Source: Parasitella parasitica NRRL 2501 (lineage: Eukaryota > Fungi > Mucoromycota). Taken from it: a stretch of 64,000 nucleotides of DNA. The position numbers were made by a program, and so were the translations under genes. Below, piece by piece: positions 51,997-64,000 of this stretch. Under the pieces are notes generated by a model that saw nothing but the letters and a program-made list of their open reading frames with translations, was not told the DNA's origin and searched no databases. Location of the stretch: NCBI GenBank assembly GCA_025201805.1, contig MU619272.1:1-64000 (forward strand). Direction: 5' to 3'. How positions within the stretch are numbered: the first letter of the stretch is position 1; every line of letters begins with the position of its first letter.

Positions 51997-52708
51997 ATGA
52001 GATCAGATATGGATACTTCTCCAACAGCAACGATAGCCCCTCCTTCTACTGATTTCAGGACAGCAGTGATTAAAAATCATTGGGTAAATACCAGTGTTCT
52101 TAGCACATAAGCGAATGCAACTAAACACATTTTCTTTTATAGAATGATCCACCCAAGAAGGTAATAATGGCAATTTTGCAGTTTTTTATCATATAAACTG
52201 ATGCGTATCTCAAAGATCTTTCGCAAAAACTCGGGCGACTCGGACATTACTTTAGACGTTCAGGGTGTGTCAAACACTTTATCTAGCAAACTTGAACTTT
52301 GCAGAACAACCTTTGAGGTACGGCTATCATATGATGTTTCTTGTGCATTTAAATCAGGGCCATTTTCAGATTCTAATAAATTCTTGATAGTCTGGACCGC
52401 AAAAAAGGATTTTAGATGATACCAGTCGTAGAATTACAGTTTTGTTGGGGGAACTGGAAAAGAAAAAACTACCTAATGACGTTGTAAAATCTCTGCATAC
52501 GTTAACAAAGGGTAAGTAAAATGTATTTTCAGAGGAACATGGCAATTAATCAAGTGGGTATGCACAAACTGTAGCTTTAGAGGAAAATGACTACAGTAAG
52601 GCGCTAGAGGTACACACTCAATTGATGACAACGCAATATGAAAATCATGGAAACTGGCTTGTAGGATTAAGGCGACTCATTGATCTTACAGAAAAGGCAT
52701 CCGTATAG
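51997..52708 (+). CDS. SRA1: SRA1/SRAP-like protein (WNDPP motif plus Sec31-C-like helical domain), 5 exons; not captured by the ORF track
   Basis: Spliced KNHW-NDPPKK...KRILDDTSRRITVL...ALEENDYSKALEVHTQLMTTQYENHGNWLVGLKRLI. Confidence 0.8.
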
Positions 52709-53819
52709 AGGTATCGTCAGGGGGAGATGATACTAGTAATTAGAAATATTTGATACCACACTGGATCAGTGCATTTCCAACAAGCAAAGTATTACGGATC
52801 AGCAGATGAAAGCATCTGCATTGGCCGGCTATCTTTTTAAAAAATATAAATCCAAAGTTTTAAGAGGGCTTATTTTGATGGGCAATGAAGGGCATGAAGT
52901 TACATGTCTATACATGACGAATGTTCTTGCTCCATATGTGGTTCTTGATGGGTTTCGCATTTTAACTTTTCATAAGTAGCAATGAAAGTGGGTGTTTCGA
53001 TAGTGAGGGGTTACAGACAAAAATTCACAGAAAGCCTTTGATCGGCTAAATTGCTTTGAAAAATGACATAGTCCATCATAGCGTGTCAAAATTCCAAACA
53101 GCTGAAAACGTTTATTTGGATATATTGTAGAAAAGGCTTCAACTCCACCCTCGCCACATGCCAGCCGTTGTATCTGATCAAACTAGAATGTTAACGTAAT
53201 GAAGTGATTGTGGATTAGAGATGAAAGAATACACAAAGAGTTATATGCAATGATAACTTGGTTTCTTTACTCAAGATACATTTATGTGGGAAACAATTTT
53301 TGGCTGATAAAAAATAGCCGACGATCTCATCTAGACATCTTCAAAAGGCAGATCAATTTATAGAGCCACGCGTAAATGAAAAATAATGCTACCGCATGCA
53401 AATAAGGCACGTTTGAATGTAAAAGCATCAGGTTTACTTCAGCACATTTCCCCTTATACATATGGATAATCTTTAATCTAGCAATTGAAGGTTTTTTTTT
53501 TTTTTTTTAGCAAAATCCATCAATAGACGTTTCGGATAAAAACATGGAGGTTCTTTTAGATGTTTGGGTTATAAAAAACTACTCGGTACAACGATGTTTA
53601 AAGTAAAGCTGCCAGACACACACAACGAATACAATGTTGTAATAATGGATGTTTATATATCATACTTTCATTTCATATCCTACAATATGTTTCTCTACAG
53701 TTACTTTGTCGCTGCTAGTGACTACTCTTAACTTCAATTACAAACCTCCATGATCAACAATAGGAAGAAAAAAAACTTTTGCTTTTGTTCTTTGTAAAAC
53801 AACACATTCTTAGAGAACA

Positions 53820-55444
<1,625 letters not shown>

Positions 55445-56385
55445 GTTTTTTTTTATTTTTTGGTTTTCTTTTTTGCGTATGTAGATTGTATGGGATGAAG
55501 AGAAAAAAGCTCTTGTCCTATCATAAAGATATTCCACTTTAGACGAGTAGTTTTCGTAAAGATAAGCCTTGTTGATGGCGATAATTTATTTGAGACGTTT
55601 TGTTGTTGAGGTTGACAAATCGGTGCATGTGTTTGTATAAAGTATAAACGCCAAGAGTACCTCACTAACCAATGGATCGGTCGCTTTCAGCAGCATTTCA
55701 TGATAAAAGCAACTAATTTCCTTGTGCAATGAGAAAATAAATAGCGATTTCAGGTACCTTCATTATGCCTGGGTGACAATATTAGCTTATTTTTTTTGTA
55801 CCTTATTTGTACTTGAAAGCGAAACATTTCAAGCTGAACCGATGCCTTGCGTACCCACTTAATTAAACCCGAAATACCGTATTTGCATTTATCCATTTGC
55901 CTGTGTGTATGCATACAATCAATAAATAAGTTGAAATAAATTCCCACCCTATGTATACAAGGATATTTGCCTTTCATCATCATAATTTTTCTATACGCGT
56001 CTTTTATACAATTGTAATACCTGCTAGTTTAATATAAATTAATTAAATAAGGAACGTATTTTTTGGGCTAACGATAAAGATTTTTATTAATGTTTTTGGT
56101 CCTGAAAAGGAAAAATAGCTAGATTTGGTGTCGCATCAAGAAGATTCGTCCTGTCGTGTAACCGTAATCACGAAAATTTCATGTTACTGTGTATTATAAA
56201 ACGTTAACTATGGCTCATCTTTATTTACGTGGACCCAGTTAACACTAAAGTAGTCAATTTTAGCCACTTTGATTCGGATCAGTAGCGAAAAAAGGAAACT
56301 GCTTCAAACAGGGCCAAAAAAGATATAAAAAGGACAAATTTTTCCATCAAATGTCCAAATCAATCAATTTTAGTTCAACTTAACC

Positions 56386-56709
56386 ATGGGACACCACGAA
56401 GAATCATACAACAAGATCAGAAACACTGAAGTTGTTACTGAGGAACACAAGGCCGAATGGACCCATGAACTTCTTGGTGGTGCTGCTGCCTTTAGTGCCA
56501 TGGCTATGTACAACAAAAAGAAGGAAGAGGATGGTGCCCCCGTTGACCACGCTACTGCCAAGAACCTTTTGGCTGGCCTTGCTGGTGTTGCCGTCGATAG
56601 ACTCGTTGAAACCAAGGGTTTGGACTGGTTCGATAAACAAAAGGCCAAGAAGCATGCTGAAGAAGAAGCCCAAAAGTTGTACACTCAAGAGACTGGTTAC
56701 GAATTCTAA
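56386..56709 (+). CDS. CipC-like protein (DUF3759), intronless
   Basis: EHKAEWTHELLGGAAAF, HATAKNLLAGLAGVAVDRLVETKGLDWFDKQKAKKHA. TATAAAA upstream at ~56325. Confidence 0.92.
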   Translation: MGHHEESYNKIRNTEVVTEEHKAEWTHELLGGAAAFSAMAMYNKKKEEDGAPVDHATAKNLLAGLAGVAVDRLVETKGLDWFDKQKAKKHAEEEAQKLYTQETGYEF

Positions 56710-57509
56710 ATCAAGAGCAATCTTCAATGATTCCTTTGCCTCATGCATGTAAACCACTCAATAATCACCCAATTTCTTTTAAACATAAATAAATTGTCTA
56801 AAAACTTGTATCATTTTAAAAACAAATTGTACATTAAAATGCGAAAGCTGTTCCTAAAGTATGATGGTTCCGGACTTGGGACAATCTTGGGGTTGCTAAT
56901 GCCAGCCAGGTCGTTCCACACTCAAAGCTAATAAATAGGAAACACGATTACAACGACGCAAGAAAAGATAAAGGTAGGCAACATAGGTTTACGCAACAAC
57001 AATGACTGTGGCAACACTTGGCTTTCAATGATTATTATTCATGCTGCTGTCTACTATCTAGCGGCATTGTTCTCGCTTATTAGACACACAAACGTCTTGC
57101 TTTTTTGGAGGAATGTTTTAATATTGTTTAATAATTGTAGCCTTTTGGAAGGGTGTGGCTTTTCAATGGTCCCTTAACCATCGGAAATGACCATGAGGGT
57201 GAACTGACGCTATTCAGAGTGGACACCATGCTCAAAGTAAGAATACCAAATTTTATAGTGTAGCCATGGTATAGTAGGAGTGATTAGCCTTATTTTAGTA
57301 AAATGCCTTATACTTGGTGAAATTCATAGGGTGCCAGGGTCAAGAAATAAACTCTAGGTGCTATGTGTGATATACTTTGGAAGATTTTAGCAACTCAAAA
57401 TGGCCTACGCATGATAGTTTTATTTCTGAGCGTCGTTCACATAGCGTTGCAGTCATGAAAAAAGCTTAATAATTACGGCAAGTAGGCAGCATTAACATAT
57501 CCACAATGC

Positions 57510-58371
57510 TTATTTTTTATTAAATAGTCCCTTTTGGAGCCACTTTGGAATGGGCTTTGAAGAGCTAGATGAAGAAGTTTTAGATCCATTAGATAATTGT
57601 GGTTGAGGGGATGCGGTTGGAGTCAAATCTTGCTTCATGGCAAGGTATTCCTCTTTTAGATCTTTCCCGCCTAATGCAAAGTCTTGAGTTACAAGAACTG
57701 CTTCTAATTTGAACACTATTACCTTTTTCTCCCTTTTCAATCCAACCAAACAAAACATTAGAAGCAGGTGATAATCCAGCTTTGAATAGGGTGATCGAAG
57801 GCTCTACAAGCTTAGTCCTCGGTGGTAAGCAAAGCACAAATTTACGTTCGGGTGTTTCTAACAGAGACCTCACAAACTCGTACACATCAAAGACTAAATA
57901 CCAGTGAATATCCAACAAAACTGTCATAAAAAGTAGAAGCTTTACCTTTCTCCCTTGACTGAAAAACTGCATGTATAATTGTATGATCAGGCATTCTAAC
58001 ACGGATTGTCGTTTTGGGGTATTTTTTAAGTTTTTCTTGGTCCTCGCTGTCTCTCATCTTTTGAGTCTTTAATGGTCTATTTACAATGAATACATCTGAA
58101 ATCAAAGGATGGTTTCGAGATTTACCTGTTTTCAAGATTTTGTCGACGCTCTACACTTGATTGATATAATTGCTTGATCTCATTTGCCTCAAGTTTGTAG
58201 GCAGATTCAGGTAATTCGGCTGCAATTCACTGTTATTTAGTTGCACCAAATAACAAAAAAAAAAAAAAAGGCTGGTTGTCACTTACGAATAGAAGCTCCA
58301 TTTTTGGGTGGATTCAGAATTTTGAGTTCTCTATCAAAATCCTGTGCTTCTGTCCCTGTAGTTGATGCCAT
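57510..58371 (-). CDS. Short ASPL/TUG-C or PUX1-like extended-UBX protein, multi-exon
   Basis: DRELKIL, ELPESAYKL, PLKTQKMRD, KYPKTTIRVRMPD, CLPP loop, LFKAGLSPAS, C-terminal PKWL. Confidence 0.8.
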
Positions 58372-58503
58372 ATTTTTTTATATAAAGAGAAAAAGATGAG
58401 AAAAAGCACACGTATGCTTTCTCGCAGCTCCTGAAAAAGGATAACGCTGAGATTAAAGGTATGTCTTGCAAGCAACCATTTTATTTGTATTCTTGGATGG
58501 ATA

Positions 58504-59622
58504 TTACTGGTAAGGTATTTGCGAAAAAGCAATAGCACTGAATTCCTTCTCTTCTGGATTACGCTCAATTAATTGAGTCATTATTTTAGCAGTAGACTGA
58601 ATACAAACAAAACGACGTTAGTATTGCAGGCAGATCTTGATCCATTCATTTTCGTATTTACCTCAACAAAGTTTGAACATTTACCATGATTTATGGGGAA
58701 TGAGCGTAGTCCATCTAGCTCATACAGGTGATTATCAACCTCAACAAAACAAATAAAATGAAGACGAAGCTGTTCAGTGATATCAGGTGTCTATATAATG
58801 TTTTTAGTGTTATAGTAAGACTATAATTTCATGGCGCTTACTCCTGTTTGTCCTTCATGCGCACCAGATGCATGGATTTCTGCCAAATCCGCTGAATTTT
58901 CCAAATACTCGGCTCTTTCTTTGGGTGACATGTTGTAAGTATCTTGAAGTATAGTCTGGAATACACCAGGACCTACATACAATTATTATAAGTTTGATCG
59001 TGACACATATACGATCATTTGGAACCATTGCATACCCACTACAAGACGATCATTGTTGGCAATCGAATGAAGTATTGCTATCATGCCACACGCATTAGAA
59101 ATGGTTTGCTTGTAATAAATAAGTTTAGAATTAATATTCTGCTCGTGAGCTTTCAAATGAATTTCTTCTTTTTTCCTAAACTCTTTGTAAGAATCTGTGA
59201 TGGGGAACAGAAATATGATTGCGGTAACAGGCCGAGGAATCATGGCAAGAGCTTCTGGGTCAAATCCTGCAAGCATCAAAAAGACATTTTAGCTCATATT
59301 TTTTATTTCATTTGATCAATTTACCATAAATATCAGTGAAATTCCAATCAGGGCCAACGCCATTTTTATGGAGGATCTATGGAGATGAGTATATTTAATA
59401 ATCTCAATCATTTTTTATTGTTACGCATAAAACAAAACTACTTTATTCCAAACCTATGAGCATTAAGTTCTGTTAGTTATTAGTGAGCTGGTTTAGTACG
59501 CCTCTTACATCTGGATTAGCCTCTAGAGGAAGCCATTTGATATTCTTTCTTGTTTCAGCTTCTACATCTTGCACTAGCTGTCGTTTTAGTTTATCATTAG
59601 GTACGTCTTGTTCTGCAGTCAT
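58504..59622 (-). CDS. YUH1: Ubiquitin C-terminal hydrolase (Yuh1/UCH-L3 family), multi-exon
   Basis: [29 protein letters not shown] (catalytic C), LHFICFV (H), LYELDG (D), EFSAIAF. Confidence 0.94.
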
Positions 59623-62600
59623 TTTTATTGTATGGGATGAAAAAAGCAAATTTAATACAAAGAAGGGTATTACGAAATACATTTGTGCATATTTTAGATG
59701 GGATGATCATGACGTACTTGTTTAACATGTGTAATCTCTATTTATCACGATATTCTATTTTCTGGAAGAATACATAGCACATCTATTAAGTGGAGTTCTA
59801 TGCCATATATACATACCTGACCAATTTATTATCTAGTATAACGTATTTCAGGCTATGGTTTTCGAGCATTAGCTTAACAATTTCTTTGCACTGAAGTCGT
59901 ATGATGCAAGTCTTTCCTCAGTTTAAACTATAAAGCAAATGTGTGGTTTATTAAAGCCATTTGACATAAAAATAAATAAGTGCTTAAGTTAATCCGATCC
60001 TGTCGTGCCAATTTCTTGAAAAAGGCATAACAGATGATCATATAATTTTTTTTTTTTTTTTAAAAAAAAAGGAAATCCTTATGGATGTTTGAATAAGATT
60101 AGCTTCAAAATTTAGAACAGGTAGTAGATTCAATATAGATCAATTCTACAAGGCATTATATAACTAACTCTATTCAATATCTTGCGAATATAAAACATTA
60201 GATCCGACCCAGGAACGGTTGTCCTCACGGAGTCAAAATAATGGCAACCATTGTATTCTATAGGTACAATGAACCAAAAGTCGACCAGGTAACGGATGAA
60301 GGTTTTTAACCCCAAAGGTAAACAAATGTCAAAAAGTGAATTGTATAAAGATAATATAAAATAGACAGGAGGCACCTGAGGAGCCCTACTAATATACTGA
60401 GGCTAAACATTTGTATCGAATAGTCGTGTTATGCACCCAGAAAACTGCTGTTCGCTTTGAGAGTTTTGTGTATCGAGCCGTTTTTCAGTGTCATGGTTGG
60501 CCAGTCTTCATCGCTTCATATTTATGACAGCCTTGCTCCCCATATACTTGATTTAATTATAATTGAGAAATGAACACTTGATGGCTACAAGTGAGTATAG
60601 CAAGTGAACTTATTTCGCTTATAGAAATTATAACATTTCACGCTGACGCGTCTCATTTATTTTCAATTGATGTTGTAAAACTAAGCAGACAGGAAAAAGA
60701 CAATACAGGGAATCAGATATATATTATTAAATGAAAGCAAAGTTTATTAATTACAACTAGAATTGATATTGACGGGATATCATCTGCAGATAGATATTTT
60801 TTACAGCTTAAAAGCAAGAACTTTAGCTTCGTGTGCCATTTTTTGACTGATTTTTATAATCAAAAGTGCCCTGAAGACACCAGAAATAGTATCCATTGGG
60901 AAAAAACTATATTATATATGATTTTAGTGCAATTTGAGCATGATTTTTTTTCGATGCAAAATGACGGATTTTTTCGATTTTTTCCTTGTATCCACGCATC
61001 CAAAATCATGGATTATGCATTATTCTCAATTTGGACCTCAAAAATGCAACTTTTTACTATGACATATATTGGAGGAAAATGATCGTAAAAGACCATTCCA
61101 TGGTCTGAAAGACTGGGAATGCGCTTTGATTAAGCAAAATGTTGATTTTTTCCTTTTAATCTGTTTTTGAGGTTTTTCGGCAGAACTCTTCCCATAAGCA
61201 TACGGGACTTATGAAACAATACCATCGTGTAGAGCGCCCAAAAATACAGCTATTATCATAGACTGACAGCCATGGTATGCATAGTATCAGAGGATGATAT
61301 CTTGCCTCAAAGGAGTAATTTTGGTTTCGAATTGTCCAAATGGAGTTTCTGAAAGAATTTTTTCTTTCTGATTTTGGATATTTTTAATCTCCGCCATCAA
61401 AGATAAATGGTGTTTTTTTTTTTGAAGAAAGCATTAGCTTTGAGAAGCCATAGCTTGCCCAATTCAAAAGAAAAACAATTGAAATTTAATCCATTTAAAT
61501 GGTGTGCTTTTAAGCTTTCCAATGGTAGTACTTGCATGTCTGTACCTAGCCAAACGATATCACACTCCGATTTTGAAAAATACTTTGCTGAAAAAAGTCA
61601 GAAAAGTCGTTACCTTTATCTGATTTCAACTCAAAGAGGATAAAAACTTGCTCTAAGCTATGCAAATATGTAATCAAAAGTGCCTTATAGTCCAATGCAT
61701 TACTTTGTATTACTTTTTTTGTGTTTGACATTGCTGAACATTGTCTCTTACAGTTTTTGTCTTTTTTCTGACAATAACACACTGAAGTTCGCGTAGATCA
61801 AAAAAAAAAAAAAATCAGGCGCCTAAAATCTACACACACTTTTGAACCTTTCTAATATTATGGAAAAGATGGCTATTCTACTGTGCAACTGGATATAGAG
61901 AACCAAGCTTGGTATATATCTGATCCTTGTTTGTCATCTGATGAGTTGATTTTTGTATTATTAGTGTAAAATAAACCTGAATAAATGCCTACGTTGATTG
62001 AGAAGTAATAGCCAAGCTTATTTCACTATTTCACGGCTGAATGTAAAATGCATCATAATCCATTTGATGTGGAAATGCTCTTTGGATCAAGGCGATGAAA
62101 AAGGAGTGCAATTATTTTAGCTACATGTCTTAATGAATGACTCTTTCGAATTGTTAGTGTTTAGTTTGGTTGAGCTTGATGTACATCATGGATCGATTAG
62201 TCATATTCTATGCAATAATAATAGAGCTAAGTCAATTACATGATATAGCGCGCAATTATAAATACGAGCCTGTTCATTTTTTAAACAAATATCACGCATC
62301 TTGAAGCAAAGTTACGTACTCATTTGAATTGCGCCTATCAAAAACAATTTATCATTAGAATCCAACAAGAACATTCTCCCCTTTTCTTGAACCCCCTCTT
62401 TTTTACATGTGGGCTTAAATCAACTATCATATACATGTACATGTACATATGCAATGCAGTCAATCACCTGAGCGTTTTATTATTATAATGCCTCATATTC
62501 AACCAAACAGCACCCGAAAATTTGGTTTGCAAACAACGCTCTCCTCGTCTCCTTGAATCAGAGAAGTCGTAATTAAAAAAAAAAAAAAAAAAAGAAACGC

Positions 62601-64000
62601 TGTATAACTAAATATTTAAGAAACCTTACGGATCAAGTTAGAAAAAATCTAGTATAAAAAGAGGCAAATTTTATTTTATTATCAAAATTCCTTAAAGAAT
62701 TAAAAGATCAATTGGTGAACAAATGTCAACATAAAAAAAAACAAAACAAAACATAAAGTCGAAACATGCAAAAAAGGAATATTATTTATCACTTTTCTCT
62801 TCATAAACTCACTAAACATACCTAGTGGATAAAACGCATTGCTTTAGGAAGCTGTCATTTGTGAACATCTCCAATGACTATTTGTAACAATAGATAATTG
62901 TACACTACAAGTATGTTTTTTACATCTTATATGGCAGTTTATTATATGGAACGGTTTACAGCATTAGTTAGGATAAACTATCTGACCTCTTTTATCTGTA
63001 TGACAGATACTAAAGAAATAACCTTATTATATGAATTTTTTTGTTATCTTGGGCAAAAAAAAAGTATAACAGCATAGATCAGCCCAGATAACGGCAATAT
63101 AAAATATGTAACAGAAAGACCCTCTAAGCTACTGCAATGAGCTGCTTATTTATATATAACACCTTTTTTTTTGTGATATTTACGAAGAAATAGTTTATTT
63201 CACTCTTGAGCGAGAAATGATCTGCAAGCCCCTGGCAAAATAAACCTCCTGATCGGGTATAGTAAGAAGAGCGTAATTTTCTATTTATGATAGACACTGA
63301 TACATGAATGCATGCATCAATGGGGTACTTTTGGAATTTTTAAGATTTTTTCAATTTTAGTAAAAATTAGATATAAGATGGGCAATTCATAATGCAACAT
63401 TAATTTTGCTATGTTTATCAATGGTGTAAAATAATAAGACAGAAAAAGATAAATAGGTGGTGGGAAAGAAGAAACGAAGAGACACCAAAGATGGTTTGAA
63501 CTGATAAAGATAAACCTGATATACGTGTATACGAAAATAAAGCACTTGGTTTTTTGTACATGCTTCATGATAATAATAACGCATTTACATGACACTTATT
63601 TATTCCCTTGACATGCTTCTTTTTTCTTTTTAGCGACTTCAATTCACATAATCACATCTCAAATCAACAGTGATATACTCGCAGCTACACTAACAATTGC
63701 ATGTTTTGTTCATAATAAATATTTTGATGCAGTAAATAACTATCTGAGGGGAGAAGGGTACGCACCAATAAAGGAGTTGTATAAGATCATGTATGTTCAA
63801 ATGTACAGAGATTTTTATCTGTACAAAACAAGTAAATACTAGTGTTTTCCCAAGTTTCCCCCTGGAAATTTGCCTTCTAAATGTATTTTGAAAGGGGAAA
63901 AAAAGTACGGAAGAAAATAACCACATAGAGCGTAAAGGAGTTGGTAGCATTTTCTTGCATCTATACAAACAACAGAAGCCCCTGAATCAAGCAATAAATA

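Noticed and set aside
58504-58560. Apparent frameshift at the UCH C-terminus suggested by ORF 58314-58568
   Set aside because: The correctly spliced frame reads [18 protein letters not shown]-stop, so there is no frameshift.

Overview
Gene-dense, AT-rich eukaryotic DNA with short (~50-65 nt) GT-AG introns. Gene content and Tc1 remnants point to an early-diverging fungus, most likely Mucorales (inference). I find one tRNA-Gly(GCC) and about 28 protein genes. Most are housekeeping: PhoD-like, RPL5, 3R-Myb, Ypp1/TTC7, ARF, an RPL7 paralog, SAM carrier, PTP, PIM/PASK kinase, COQ11-like, SOD1, NCOA5/Nab3-like, PRP22, EEF1AKMT4-like, CZIB, UBX5, TPI1, Usv1-like ZnF, MAF1, RIM2, SRA1, MAP1, CipC, a PUX1/ASPL-like UBX and UCH. 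Several are absent from or fragmented in the ORF track because of many short exons. There are two dead Tc1/mariner elements; one still has ~200-230 bp TIRs and a TA target duplication. The best candidates for new biology are three. (1) An F-box protein whose substrate arm consists of the ZnF-UBP and DUSP modules of a USP20/33-type deubiquitinase, with no catalytic domain. (2) A 145-aa FANCF homolog reduced to the N-terminal FANCC/FANCE-binding module. (3) A stand-alone protein resembling only the N-terminal helix of minor-spliceosome factor ZRSR2. All homology calls come from remembered family motifs, not from database searches.
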